DNA of 59,587 bases from Macrostomum lignano (Eukaryota): NCBI GenBank assembly GCA_002269645.1, contig NIVC01003623.1, positions 1 through 59,587 on the forward strand. Direction: 5' to 3'. The translations under genes and the position numbers were made by a program. Positions 36,201 through 49,035 of this stretch are shown here, one piece after another; positions within the stretch are counted from its first letter, which is position 1; every line of letters starts with the position of its first letter. A model generated the notes under the pieces. That model saw only the letters and a program-made list of their open reading frames with translations. It did no database searches and was not told where the DNA came from.

Positions 36201-39200
36201 CACCCATACCCTAATCCTCAGGTTTAGGCTGCCACACCTACCCTAACCCTCAGGTTTGGGCTGCCACATCTACCCTAATCTTTAGGTGACTCAAATCATA
36301 CACGCAAAAGTGAAGGTTAACAGTTTGCAAGCACAGCAGCTCTTACCGATCCCTAACAAGATCATTGTTGCGCAGGCACAGGACACTGATAAGCCCAGCA
36401 GCGAAGGTCATAAGCGAGTAGACAGCCGTAACTATTCTGTTGTGGCAAAGATAGATGTTATAATATTGTAATTTGTTATTGTAACTGTAATTATTGCCAT
36501 TATTACAATTTGCATACAATAATATAACACCATTGAAACCAAATTCAACATGGCTAACCAGTAAGTCTTTTTAATTGCTGTAGAATATAAATGCTACTAA
36601 AGCTGGTTACCACATCAATGTTTCTAAAGGCTTTATATTTTTAGGCTATAGGAAAAATTCCTATAGGAAACTCTTATAGAAAAAACATACAATAGGATTA
36701 TTCATTCTAACCTTGAAATTTTGTGTTCCAATGCACATAGCTGCCTTAATCACAAAGGGATCCAAGTTACTGTTTTGCAGAAAAAATAAAATTCTTTTTA
36801 AAAATTAAGATTTGCCTGCAAACAAATTGCTTGCCAAGATTTGCCCACAATGCATTTTGCCTATAAGTGAATTGCCTATAGAGATTTGCCCATAAAAGAA
36901 TTGCCAGCAAGCAAACTGCCCACCAAGTTTTCCCACCAAGGTTTGCCTACAAATGTTTTTTCCTATGCCAGCACATTTAGCCATGTGGCAACTAGATTCT
37001 GTCCACATTGCCCCCATCCCCAATGCTTATAATACAGCATTAAGTCTTAATAAAGACATTTGGGGACAAAGCAAGATGGCATATGCGTGAATTAGTAGCT
37101 CATTGATTTACCCCTGCATGTATATAGAACTAAATAACTACAAGAAAAATACAAATTTTATATGCAGTTATTATCAAAATGTTTGATAAGGTAAATCTCT
37201 TTATTAAAACTTACTAAGTGCTAGAGGGCAATGCAGACAAAATCTGCCATGTGGCTAAATGCACTGCAGGAAAAACATTTGCAGGCAAACCTTGGCTGGA
37301 AAAAACTTGATGGGCAATTCACTTGCAGGCAATTTGCTCATGGGAAAATGCACTGCAGGCAAATCTTGCTAAGAAAAGCTTGGTGGGCAAATCTTGATGG
37401 GCAATTTGTCTATGGGCAATTCTTATGGAACCACTGACTATACCAATAGACCTCTTAGCTAAGATCTACTGTCACTGTATAAATAGGCAGGCAGCATTTC
37501 TTTCTTAATGAAGAGTTTATCCACCTTAGTGGTCTAATGCCAAGCATTGTTAACAACATAGAATAGTGTAGGGCACTTGCTAATATTTAGCAAATATTTC
37601 TCAATAAATACTTATTTTATAATTGTCTTTTCTCAGTGCACATTGCAAAAGTGCATAATTTTTAAGTTTGTTATTCTGCATGAATAATACATTCAAGAAT
37701 GAAAAAAGCCTACAACTTTGGCATACAAAGTTGAAAACATTTTTTTAATCCTAGCATACAAATGTGGTGACACATTTAAAATAAAACATTTAAAAGCCCT
37801 TACCTTTACCAATTGATGTACAAAAAGTAAGTGTAAATACAACCAATTGCCTTGGTAGTTTAGTTATATGCTCGTATCAGATGCAGGCAGACAGCATAGG
37901 CTGCCAAGGTGCTATAAGTTAAGGTTAACTTTCACTATTTGGCTTTACAGACTGCTTTTATCGCTGCATGCATTGACTTAGCCTTAGCTTATGCCATCAT
38001 ACTCATACAGCTATATATACATATGTATCTCTGCCACTCCCCACTTTTGCAACCTTACACTGTACAATCATGCCTAAAACACTCCGTGTCAAGTGTACTG
38101 TTCTAGTGCCACATGGGGTACAAATACGATTAGGAATGACAAGAGTCAAAACCATACATGCACAATAGTTGGCCGATATGGACGACTGATTTGGCGGCCA
38201 ACCAAGGTAAGTTGCAAAAATGCCCACCCAAATAAATACCAAAGTAGTATTAAGTAGCTGACGAAGCATTTTGCCTTAATAAAGACAGTGATAGTTACTC
38301 CTGCCGTTTACCCAAAGTTGCGTTAATTTTGCTTTCAGGTTTTTTTCATGTAAGTCGCATTTTTGGCCAAAAACTACGTCGCATTTTTGTTAAAACTAAG
38401 TCGCACTGCCGACCAAATTTTGGAGGTTGCGCATGTATGTGTGGTGTCCTATACTTTTTCCCTTACCATACCCAGCATCATGCTTGGGTGCAACCTAGGG
38501 ATTCACCTGGCCATTTCTATTGGCAACACACACATATAAGTCACTATTGAATGGAATAGTAGTCACATGACTGCTCTCAGCCAATAGCGACTTACATGTG
38601 TGTGTTGCCAATAGAAATGGCCAAGTGATTCCCAAGGTTGTGCATGTATGCCCAGCATATATTAATACATGATCCAAACTATGGATTCTATATTATGCAG
38701 ATTGTCCTATAGTACCTCATGCCCATAGTGTGGAAGGATGGGTATTTTTTTATTAGAGGCAGGGGGGTTGTGTGCACCCTGGTGCACTTTAAGCGACATA
38801 GGCACACAACTGGCGAGAGGCATTACTGGCCATTCTGCCAACTCCCCTAAGCAGGCATACAAGTGCGCAGATACATATACAGGCACATACTCACATAGGA
38901 GTATACAGCGGCCCTAACTTTATTTTATTGTTAGGCATATACACTTCACTGCGCCTTGGGGGGTTGGCTCTCAAAGCCGTTAATTGCACAAGCAAAGCCA
39001 AGCTGCAATTCCAATTCAGCCCCAAATTAATGTGACTGCACTTGGAATCAAGCCTAGGTTGCTAGCACAGAGCCTGCGCTAGAATGTTGGGCTAAGGCCC
39101 CCCTAAAGATGGGTATATGACAGAAATTTCTATTGTACACAAGGATCATCTGTTGCACATATCATACATTGCTTTTTTGGGGGGTGCTATATTGTACATT

Positions 39201-40334
39201 ATCGTATAGTTGGTCCACACTTGTATGACAACCATCATACAGATATACATGAGTCATACATTGCAAAGTATTTTTTCATTAACCAATGTAGTTTGTAAGT
39301 CAATTCCATATTTAAAACTCATTCACCATGGCACTATTGCCAACAAAAGAAAAACCATGAAATCAAAATTCATGTATTAGAAATTTTTTTTTGTTTCCCA
39401 ACTGATGTGTATTGTGTGCAGTCAGTAAATTACAATATAATTGTTGTTTTACTTTGCACTTTTTAGAATATTGTTTTAAAAACAATTATTCTCATGTTTA
39501 TTCCTATCTTATCCTATCATATACCAGAAGTACTTATTTTTTAATCCCTGTTGTATTGTTGTACAATAAGCTAAAATTTAAATTTATGTTCTATCATACA
39601 CAGACATCTTTCTGCATTATGGCCTTGCGCTACTAGGTTGGCTGAGAAAGCAACTTCTTGAGGTAGGCCTAGTCATAGAAACTATCCTCTTTTATAATGT
39701 CAAAATATAGACACTGAATAGCCTACAAGTGGCAACTTAGTGCCACTCATGCTAGACTTCTGCAAGCCACCTTCATTGTCCATGGCTTACCAACTGGCGC
39801 CACTACCAACATTAGTGATAACATGCTTAGCTTAGGCTATAGGCCTATTTACTCTTGGGCCTAGCTATCCTACCAAGCTAACTGCTATATATCTGGCATC
39901 TATAGCTAGCTAGCCATGTCATCTGAGTCTGAGCAGAGCAATATTGCCACCTTAGGCCTATTAGAGTTTAGTAAAGTATCTGGCCTTACAGTTTAGACCT
40001 AGCCTAGGGCCTAGGCATTTATAAGGGTTTCAAAGGCTATGCCTAGACATAGACAGTCATAACAGTTGAATTAATATACATCAAACAATATAGACCTTGA
40101 GCTTTGCTTCAAAAAGATTTTTTTCTGGATAATTTTTCCATAAAATATTTAAATAACTTACTTGATTGAAATATCGTAACAGTCAATATCAGAAAGAGTT
40201 CGACTTTTCCAAATAGGTGTATCCTTGTATCGCCGAAGAAAAGAAACGCAAATATAAAACAATAAAGGAAAGAAAATAAGTCCTGATAGGAGTTCCAGAG
40301 CAGAAAATAAATGCATTGCCACGACAGTGTTCAT
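33267..40334 (-). CDS. TLCD3: TLC-domain protein, TLCD3/FAM57-like (putative ceramide synthase-like), 5 exons, 272 aa
   Basis: Minus-strand exons 40334-40162, 36436-36347, 35466-35271, 34365-34270, 33530-33267; all GT-AG and phase-consistent (819 nt). Motifs: GLIFFPLLF, YYAYDSV, MLTHHLLI, RNGKCDFLVGCFFLAELTVPF, NGVVMVITFFLSR...MQLYWF. These match FAM57A/B motifs as I recall them. Confidence 0.9.
33650..34075. repeat. 18-bp minisatellite (GCTGGCGCCCCCTCTGTA), about 23 units, TLCD3 intron 4
   Basis: 6-aa periodic ORF (APATEG). Confidence 0.96.
34527..35135. mobile_element. Non-autonomous hAT element (MITE), 609 bp, with an internal 21-bp minisatellite
   Basis: TIRs CAGGCGCGTCGCCA and TGGCGACACCCCTG (12/14). 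8-bp TSD GACTACTG at 34519-34526 and 35136-35143. It interrupts a host repeat of about 23 bp. Internal array GCTAAAATGAGTGCCTGCGAT at 34680-35060. Confidence 0.9.
35525..36285. repeat. 32/34-bp minisatellite (CCCTAATCCTCAGGTTTGGGCTGCCACACCTATA), TLCD3 intron 2
   Basis: About 23 units. Confidence 0.95.
36815..37430. repeat. Imperfect foldback (arms of about 200 bp, spacer of about 200 bp), TLCD3 intron 1
   Basis: 36940-37015 (CCAAGGTTTGCCTACAAATGTTTTTCCT...CATTTAGCCATGTGGCA) is the reverse complement, with mismatches, of 37228-37295. Confidence 0.75.
38153..38439. mobile_element. MITE with 13-bp TIR CATACATGC(A/G)CAA
   Basis: TIR at both ends; the interior aligns with the copy at 57926-58191. 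No TSD seen at this copy. Confidence 0.75.
38491..38640. repeat. 59-bp-arm inverted repeat (hairpin)
   Basis: 38491-38549 versus 38582-38640: 54/59 complementary, 32-nt loop. Confidence 0.92.
38900..39058 (+). repeat. Second copy of the dispersed repeat at 11720-11872
   Basis: Direct similarity by eye over about 150 bp. Confidence 0.8.
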
Positions 40335-41274
40335 TTCAATGAATTTGTATCTTGTGTACGCCTAGCCTACGTCTAGCTAGTTTTAGGCCTATACAATACA
40401 ATCTAGAAGCTGACGCAGAAACGGAATTTTCGAATGTACCACTATACAGTATTCAAAACTATTTATGCCCCTAGTAAAATTTTCAAATTTGTCTCTAATA
40501 TTATATACGGAATATGAGATAGATTTCAAACCTGATTTACTGTAAGTGTGCCTGCATAAAACTACGAATACAAACTTTAAACAATTCTTAGAAACGAGCT
40601 CATGACACTAGTTTAAATTTCAATACTCCAATGGTTTTTCATAGAAACGTATCAGTAAAGCAATTTATTATGTTGCATCGTTGATTACATAGGTGGATTG
40701 TTAAAAAAATTATTTTATTTTTTGTATAAGAATGCATGTATTACTAAAATAGAACTTTCGTTATACTAAAACATGATATTTCGATCTGCATCCATTCGAA
40801 GTATCGCAAGTTTGTACCCAAAGGATGAAAAGTTTCATCTTGCAGTTTTCGCGCAAAACCAGCACCCAAAACGTTTTCTGAGAAGTGAGGTCTCCCGTCC
40901 TTCTACATGAGTCGTCCTTGGCAGCACATAACCCTCGCAGCAACATCACATGACTCTCGCTATACATAAACGGCATTGGTATGACTTATACCAATGATAG
41001 GATGATAGCTGTGCCTAGCCACTGCATTCATTTTTCTGTAATTTGCGAACCGCTGCATATACATAGTCTTTTTATACAGTATCGGTGATTTTAAGCTGTT
41101 AAGTACAGCAGCTAGTAAGTCTTTGATTAATTTGTTCTTCGTACGAAGAAAGTCATCGTGTACAACAGTAATGTATAACTGTACATTCCTAGCTTAAAGT
41201 TAAATATAATAAAAAGTTAAGGCCACTCTACATTCCTGTGTGAGTGTGTATCTCTGCGTATGACTGCGTACGTA

Positions 41275-43750
41275 ACAAAAAAAATGATGACAACAACAAC
41301 AATAGCTTGTACATATGTACACCTCTCGCCGCGGCCACGAGTGGCCACAAGGGAGAGGTGTCAGAACGCAGCTTTTTGGCTGCACTTCTCAAGAAGTCAT
41401 CTCCCTCAGTCACAGTGTACATAAAATGTTGGGGGCTCTCGGATCGGGGAAGCGCGTCGTTCGCCCTGCTGGGTCGTCTCCGCGGGCCGTCCAAAACAGC
41501 AGGTCGTGTAACGGCTCGCGGCAACGACCCTCCGACCGGATGACGTGGCCAGCCAGCCAGTCTTATCTCGCGTAGCAGATCAGAAGGCGTAGAGCGCGAC
41601 GTTGGACTCCGAGCCCGGGCTGCAGCGCACACTGAACGCAGAGAGCAGCATCGTAGAGTGCGCGGCGTCCAGCTGTTTTTCCAGGTCAAGGTCCATGCAG
41701 GTCTCAGCATTGTAGAGCAAGACAGTCTCGACGATTGCCCAAAACAGCTGAGCCCTGGTCCTACCATCCAGCGCCTCAGATTGCTGCACCGAGTGCACCG
41801 ACCGCCCAGGCTAGCCCGAGTCTCCTTCTCATGTCGCTGGCGATGTCCGGCACGAGTTCGCCGAGTACACAAAATGCCGGCAGAGTGGAAGCGGGGTCTC
41901 ATCCCCGGCAGCATCTGATCTCGGCAGGTAAAGTCCAGCGGCATAGTGAAGACTTCAGTCTTCTGCGCGTTCAGCGTGAGGCCGGCAGCTTTTGTCAAGC
42001 CATCCAACAGTCGTTGGGTGCCTTCGAATGTAAAGACAGAAACGCAAGGTCGTCCGCGAAGCCGAGCACACTGAGACACTTGAGACGCTTCTCCGAATGC
42101 TGCCGACTCGTGCGGCGTGAAATCAGGAAGCCATTGCCGGCGTCCGATTGAGGCAGGTCGCTCCTCAGCACCCGGTCCAGTACCAGCACAAATAGAAAAG
42201 GGCAAGGCTCCAGCGTTTCACCCTGAAGCACGCCTGAAGACGTGTCAAACTGATCGTCTGACAAACCGTCTGGCGTGACTACCACAGCGGTGGTGTCCTG
42301 ATACATGTACATCGCCATAACGGCGGAAATCAACTGCTGTGGTACGCTATACACTCGAAGCACAAGAGGCAGCGCGTTGCCAAGCACGGATTCGAAAGTT
42401 TTGCGGAAGTCTATGAAGACGATAACAAGACTTGACTGGTGGATACAGTCAAGATTACAGTCAAGACTGGTGGATACCTCTTCGATGATACGGCGGAGCT
42501 CAAGGAGCTGCGTCACAGCGCCGCGAGCGATGCTGCGCAGTTCAAAGCGCAGAAACGAATCTAGCACAGGCTTCAACCGTGCTAACAGCATTCGTTCAGC
42601 AACTTCGCGGCACAGGACATGAGGGAGATCCCTAGATGCTCTTCTTTCCGGGTAGTGTCCGCAGCTTTTTTGGGATTGTGCGCTGTCGTCCGCTCGCGGG
42701 GCGTGGCCCCTCCAGCAAGGACGTCATTCATCACTTAAGCCACCTCAGTGGCAACTCTCGGGATTTCCAGCGCTTCGACGGGTGCGACGGCAGTACCGTC
42801 TAAGGCGGCAGCGGCATATCTTCTGGTAGTGTCGGCGGTGGCGAGTTCACGATACCGGCGAAGAAGTCACACAGCTCGTTTCTGCGTGCTCTTGGGGTGT
42901 TGCCGGCCAGATTCAGCGCCGTGTTTTTTTTTGCATCCATAGTGGGAAAGACAAGCCGACTCCCGAGGTCCATTACTGCAGATTTGACGCACCTGATGGC
43001 ATCTTTGACGGCAGTTTGCACCTCGCGTAAGTCGGACGCCAGGGTGCCGGGATGACAGGGATTTCTCGGTTTCGAATGTCGGCTGCCTTGTCTGTCGCAG
43101 CCTCTCCAATGTCCGCCTCACCTCCTGCACTTCCTTGCCAGACACCCAGACTGGGAGATTACTGGCTGCTGGTTGCATTAAAGACAGTGTCTTGGCAGTG
43201 GCTGCCGCTACGGCAGTGCTGATAGCAGCACAAGGGTGACTCGCAGAACTTCCCAGCGCAGCAGCAAACGCGTAAGAAAATTTGCTGCGGGTGATAGGGT
43301 CTTGCAGAGCTCCAAATAACGGCGTGGTGGTCGCTTTGGTTGCCTGTAGAGCGGATCCTGTAAGCGAAGTTTGCAGAAAAGCAGGCGGTGGTCGGACCAG
43401 ATGGACAGCGGAACCGTTGTGTTACAGTTGATCAACCGGTCGCGGTCGCGGTTGCGTAAGCGAACCAGAATGTGGTCGAGCTTGGCCCGGCGAGTCGTGA
43501 CATTACCGCGCGCGTTTCGCTTTCTCCTTTTGCAACCGACGAGGGTCGCCAATTTGAAGTCTGCATGGTTTGCGAAATCGCGGATTGACCGACACCAGAT
43601 GTTGCTGCGACTTCAGGTCCACAAGCGATGTAGAGCTGGCGTTTAGGCGCGTTGACAGGGGAGTGCGCGGGGTCTTTTCAGCAACAACGTCATCGATCTG
43701 CTCTGCCAGGAGCTCGAAAAAATACTTGAGCTGATGGAGCAGCGGTGGTA
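41275..43750 (-). mobile_element. Degenerate RTE-like LINE (partial APE endonuclease plus reverse transcriptase), 5'-truncated
   Basis: Minus-strand pieces: FFELLAEQIDD, KLDHILVR...SDHRLL (APE); LLARLKPVLD, IVFIDFRKTFESV, GVLQGETL..FLFVLVLD, LGFADDL (RT); ETVLLYNAETC. (TTG)n/T tail at about 41275-41300. Many frameshifts. Confidence 0.9.
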
Positions 43751-43884
43751 ACTATCATAACTTAAACTCACTAAAACTACACGTAAGTCTACATATACAG
43801 TTTAGAAGTCCTTGTTTATTTTTTTAGATGAAACAGTTTGACTGTATAAAAAATTGATACCGCAAACTAAATTTATGAAAAAGT

Positions 43885-44560
43885 ACAACAGAACAAAAAA
43901 TAACAGAATACGCATTTAGCGTCACAGGGCGCGCTTCAAGGCCAGGTCGCGAATGAACGCCACGCCGCCAGCCGAATCCTGGGCGCCGGCGTCAGCCAGT
44001 AGGCAGTCGACGAAACGCCGAGTGCGCGCCTGCCCCCGCCGGTAGGGTGCCTGCAGCGTTAGCAGCAGCACCTCCTGCACCGGCTCTGGACAGTACGACT
44101 CGGCGCGGATGATGTGGCCTGCCAGCTGGAGTCGCCGACGGCGCAACAGGTCGCGTAGACGGACCAGGCCGGCGCGGCGATACAAAGCCGCGTTGGTCAC
44201 TCGCTCGTAGCCGATGTTGAAGGCGGCGCGCAGCAGGCCAGCGGCGCCGCGTCAACTTGCTGCTCGAGTGACTCCGTCAGCGTCCATGTCTCAGCGTTGT
44301 ACAGCTGGACGGTCTCGATCACCGCCTGGAACAACGCCGCCCTCTGGCGGTCAGGTAAGGCCTCGGACTGCAGGACTGCCCTCACAGAACGAAAGGCAGC
44401 CCAGGCCGCCGAGGTAGACGAACTGCTGACGACGCGGAAGCTCTGTCGCCTGTCCATCAGTGCCTCGGCATAAAATTGCAGCCTCGATGTCGTCCGGCAC
44501 GCAGAGCACGACGGTTTTCCGCGTGTTGACCATCAGGCCGACACTCGCCGCAACAGCAAC
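43885..44560 (-). mobile_element. 5'-truncated RTE-like LINE 3' fragment
   Basis: VNTRKTVVL, IETVQLYNAETWTLT, TNAALYRRAG...RRRRLQLAGHIIR...LKRAL-stop; homologous to 29876-30245. Confidence 0.9.
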
Positions 44561-45425
44561 TAGTTACAATGTACAAACTGTAACGTGTACAAATGTACAA
44601 ATGTACAAATGTACAAATGTAAATGTACAAACTGTACGGCATGCACCGGTAGCATGCATGTATCTGTACCAGCAGCAAGTACACTACCAGTTTCAGGCTT
44701 GTATTGCACACGCTAGTAGATTAGTAGTAGATCAGTAGTAGATCGAGCTGCCTTTAGTGTAGCATTGCAATCATTCGATCTTGAGCCGAAAAGACTTGAC
44801 CGTTGGGAATCACGCGGGGATACGCTGCTATGCCATGTGACGGGGATCGGGTGCAGAGAGGGTGCTAAAATAATTTTATCCAGAAGCGATCTTCACTAAA
44901 GCTGCATCCTGGCCGACTTTCTTGCCACCAAAATTGCCGCATGGCCGCCGCTGGTCCTCAAACGCCCTTAAATGACCGCTTAAGATCTGCAGTCAGCGCA
45001 GACAAATGGGTTGGCATGCTCCTACCTGTATGTATAAGAAGGAACTAAATTGGTCTCAAATGCCAATATAGTATGGTATAAGGGGTTGATAAAAAGTTCC
45101 GCAATCAACTCTTTTGTTTTGGCTGCACCGAATCAGCTGGAATTCTGGACGCCGATGGATTTCTGTTCAAATTTATTTATTAGACCCGAGGATTTCGGGG
45201 TTCCTACGAGTGACATGCTATTCCGTATAAGAATTTCCGGGAAAATACTTTGATTGGCATATTCAGCAATAAGCCTGAGACCGCGCCTATAGTGTGCGGA
45301 AGCGAGTAGACAGGCAATTGGCGACCGAACTTCGGAAATGGACCGAAACTGGATCGCACAGAAGTCTGTCCAAGCTGACAGTTGAATTGTAGCTGTGGCG
45401 ATTGAGCTGCGCGTAAGATTGAGCT

Positions 45426-45643
<218 letters not shown>

Positions 45644-46164
45644 TTCACCCTCCCTGCTCTCACTACAAGGCAGAGTCAGTCGCTCAGGCTGCTACTGGGA
45701 GGATTACAGCAGAGACACTAGCAGAGTTACAGGACAGGCTACAAAAAGTACAAGGAAAAGGCGCAGCCCCGGCCCAGTTTATGACTGCAGCGGCTGCGCC
45801 ACCCCCGCAGACCGCCGCCCACTCACACACGGCTCTGGCTGAGCTGCTCCGTGCCAATCGACTCGTCTGAGTAGATATGCGCTCTCCAGTTCCACTTTCA
45901 AGTCGTGACTTGAATTATCTGATCCCGGATTGGGATAAATCCCCCCCCGCAGCTGAGCCAGCACCTGTCCTTCAGACTGATTGAGTACATTCTCGTGTAG
46001 TCAGCTGATATGTAAAAAATCGTTTTGTTAAAATTCGTACCCTCCTCTTTTGACAGAATATTCTCGCTTGTTCAGTGCATTCTTTGGATAAACATTCTAA
46101 ATGAGAGGCATTTTGTACTTTTGGATAAGTGAAGGATCCGTGGTGTCCCAGTCTATAGCATCCC

Positions 46165-46280
46165 ATGGCGCCAATTCCAGCATCTATGGCGCCAATTCCA
46201 GCATCTATGGCGCCAATTCCAGCATCTATGGCGTCAATTCCAGCATCTATGGCGCCATTTCCAGCATCTATGGCGCCAAT
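46165..46280. repeat. 21-bp tandem repeat, about 5.5 units (GGCGCCAATTCCAGCATCTAT)
   Basis: Seen directly. Confidence 0.93.
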
Positions 46281-46634
46281 TCCAGCATCTATGGCGCCTA
46301 AAAAAAGTGAAAACAATTAATTTTTCATAACGCGCTCTCACCTTTACACATGCATTTGACTTTCAAACGCTATTTGCACAAACTCAACAGCTGATGATGT
46401 TTGCTGTGCACGGGAGCGCTGTTGCTAGGAAAGCTTTGTTCAAGTTTTGCAAATAGTTACTTACACTGAAATCGCCCTACAAGGGCTTGGGATTCGACCA
46501 ATCAGGGAGCGGGGAAGGAAGAACTGAACTGGGGGGGGATAAAAGCGCAGTGCAGGACAGAGCAGGAAATCCAAAGCACACACGCATAGGGAGAACTGCT
46601 TGAAGTCCCCAGAAGCCAGACTCTGCAACTAGCG

Positions 46635-47786
46635 ATGCGTTCCCTGGCGCAGAAGGCCAGCGGCTCCAGCTACGGCAGCACGCCAAGAACGTCCGTCAAC
46701 GCTGATCTGAGCGGCGGCGCCAGCGGCGGCGGAGGCGGCGTCCTCAGCCAGGCCGACGTCGAGCGCCAGTTCGCCCTGCACAGGGAGCTGGGCCGGGGCA
46801 CCTACGGCAGGTGCGTGCTGGCCACCTGCCGGGAGTCCGGGCGCCGGCTGGTGCTGAAGCTCATGGACAAGCGGACAACCAGGCTGAAGGACTTCCTGCA
46901 GGAGCTGCACACCAGCACGCAGCTGTCCGCTCATCCGCACGTCATCGAAGCCTACGGAGCCGCGTTCGAGACAGCCGAGTGTTTCGCCTTCGCGCTGGAA
47001 TTCGCTCCGCTCGGAGACCTGTTCGAGTTCGTGCAGCCCGGCCGTGGCCTGGCCGAGTCGCTGGTGAAGTCCGTGGCGGCCCAGGTGGCCTCGGCGCTGG
47101 AGTTCCTGCACGGCCAGTCGGTCTGCCACCGGGACCTGAAGCCGGAGAACGTGGCCGTGTTCGAGCCGGACCTCAGCCTGGTGAAGCTGGCCGACTTCGG
47201 CATGGCCCGGCCGGCCGGGGCGCTGATCCGCAAGGCCGGGGCGCCGATTCCCTACACGCCGCCGGAGATCGCGCAGGCGGCTCGCGACGAGACTTACCGG
47301 GTGCACAGCGGCACGGACGCCTGGTCGTTTGGCGTCCTCATCTACTGCTGCCTGACTGGCAGCTTCCCCTGGCAGGTGGCGGCGGAGACTGACCCCAGCT
47401 ACCGGGAGTTCGTGCGCTGGCAGCAGCGCAGGAAGCTCGGCCAGTCGCTGCAGTTGCCGCAGCCAATACCGACCGGATTTCGCGAGTTCACGCCGCGCCT
47501 GCAGAAGCTGCTCCGCCGGCTGATGGAGCCACGGCTGGCCGCCAGGGCTGGCGTGGCCGAGCTCCGCCGGTTCCTGGCCGACAACTGGACAGTGCTGATC
47601 GGCGGCCGGACGCCGCGGGAGGTCGGCGCCGCCGAGTGCAGCCAGCGCCAGGAGGTGGACAGCCTCCGCCGGATGTTGGAGCGGTTCGGCGTGGACACGC
47701 AGGCGGCGAGTGGCCAGGCCAGGGAGCAGCGGGTGCGGCACTGGGTGCGCCTGGCGTCACCCTCAGCGGGCCTGCCAGCGGACTGA
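46635..47786 (+). CDS. SBK1: Ser/Thr protein kinase, SBK1 (SH3-binding kinase/NKF1 family)-like, 383 aa, intronless CDS
   Basis: Intact ORF with LGRGTYG, LVLK, TTRLKDFLQE, HPHVI, EFAPLGDL, HRDLKPEN, VKLADFG, PYTPPE, DAWSFGVL and GSFPW. The KDFLxE, PYTPPE and G.FPW motifs point to the SBK family. Confidence 0.9.
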   Translation: MRSLAQKASGSSYGSTPRTSVNADLSGGASGGGGGVLSQADVERQFALHRELGRGTYGRCVLATCRESGRRLVLKLMDKRTTRLKDFLQELHTSTQLSAHPHVIEAYGAAFETAECFAFALEFAPLGDLFEFVQPGRGLAESLVKSVAAQVASALEFLHGQSVCHRDLKPENVAVFEPDLSLVKLADFGMARPAGALIRKAGAPIPYTPPEIAQAARDETYRVHSGTDAWSFGVLIYCCLTGSFPWQVAAETDPSYREFVRWQQRRKLGQSLQLPQPIPTGFREFTPRLQKLLRRLMEPRLAARAGVAELRRFLADNWTVLIGGRTPREVGAAECSQRQEVDSLRRMLERFGVDTQAASGQAREQRVRHWVRLASPSAGLPAD

Positions 47787-48629
47787 CCGGCCAAGCATCT
47801 GGACAGTTAACTGACAAGTACAGAATGACAGAAGGGCGCTGCACTCGAATTAGTCTATGGCGTTCTCCAGAGCACTGGCGATATCACAAATATCCGTTCC
47901 TTACCGGCCTCCAGCCGATTTGTAAGAAACTCGAGTGTAGCGTCCTGCTTATAGTAGTTGTCCATATGGTCTGCTGAAGAAGTCCATGTACAATAAGAAT
48001 CTGGCTAAGTGTATATCGTATCGATTGTTACATTTGTTTTTTAAGCAAGGTGACTGTATCGGAAAGCCCCTTTGGCTTTAAGTTTTAATGACTCTTATCC
48101 GAATTTTAATGAGACCAGTTGAAGAGTTGCGCACTTTCAGTTCGCTCTCAGTAGCAGAGATGCTTACTGAAGTCATTTTTCTTGTTTCTCAGCTTTTGCA
48201 ATGGGCGATGTAAATAAACTGTGTTGCTTCAGAGCCGAATTTGGTTGCACAGCTCCATTTCATGACAGCTTCGCGCATTGACGATTAACCATAAGGCAAG
48301 GAAGATTAATATGGTTGGGCAGTTGCAATCCTTCCAGCACTTCGGAGCCGGACACAAGCAGACAGCTCAATCACTCCCGCAAATCTCTGGCACTATGAGC
48401 AGGCTCTGGGGGGTTGTTCTCAAGATAAACATCAACATTGGGCTCGCACAAGTGCAGGCCAGCAATCCGAAGAGAAGTGCATAAATCATAGAATTTTTGC
48501 CGATCCAAAATAGCTGGCCAGGCTAATAGCCACTGCTTCGGCTCATCTGCTCAGGCTGCTCAGATTTTTAGCCATTGCACAGAAAGCTTTGTTCCCCCTG
48601 TTATTTATGAGTCACCTCGCTATTATATC

Positions 48630-49035
48630 ACTCGCTTCTCTGTAGACTTGTCACTCGCTTCTCTGTAGACTTGTCACTCGCTTCTCTGTAGACTTGTCAC
48701 TCACTTCTCTGTAGACTTGTCACTCACTTCTCTATGTAGACTTGTCACTCGCTTCTCTGTGTAGACTTGTCACTCGCTTCTCTGTAGACTTGTCACTCGC
48801 TTCTCTGTAGACTTGTCACTCGCTTCTCTGTAGACTTGTCACTCACTTCTCTGTAGACTTGTCACTCACTTCTCTATGTAGACTTGTCACCCGCTTCTCT
48901 GTGTAGACTTGTCACTCGCTTTTTGTAGACTTGTCACTCGCTTCTCTGTAGACTTGTCACTCGCTTCTCTATGTAGACTTGTCACTCGCTTCTCTGTGGA
49001 CCTGTCCCACGATTTTCTATAAGCTTGTCACTCGG
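48630..49035. repeat. 23/25-bp minisatellite (CTTCTCTGTAGACTTGTCACTCG), about 16 units
   Basis: Seen directly. Confidence 0.95.

Noticed and set aside
29866-44650. Apparent GTAC target preference of the LINE copies
   Set aside because: GTAC occurs near all three copies but not at an equivalent position or orientation, and only one copy has a definable TSD.
46629-47844. Overlapping and antisense ORFs on the kinase (370, 193, 131 and 118 aa)
   Set aside because: Shadow ORFs expected from a high-GC3 coding sequence; no motifs.
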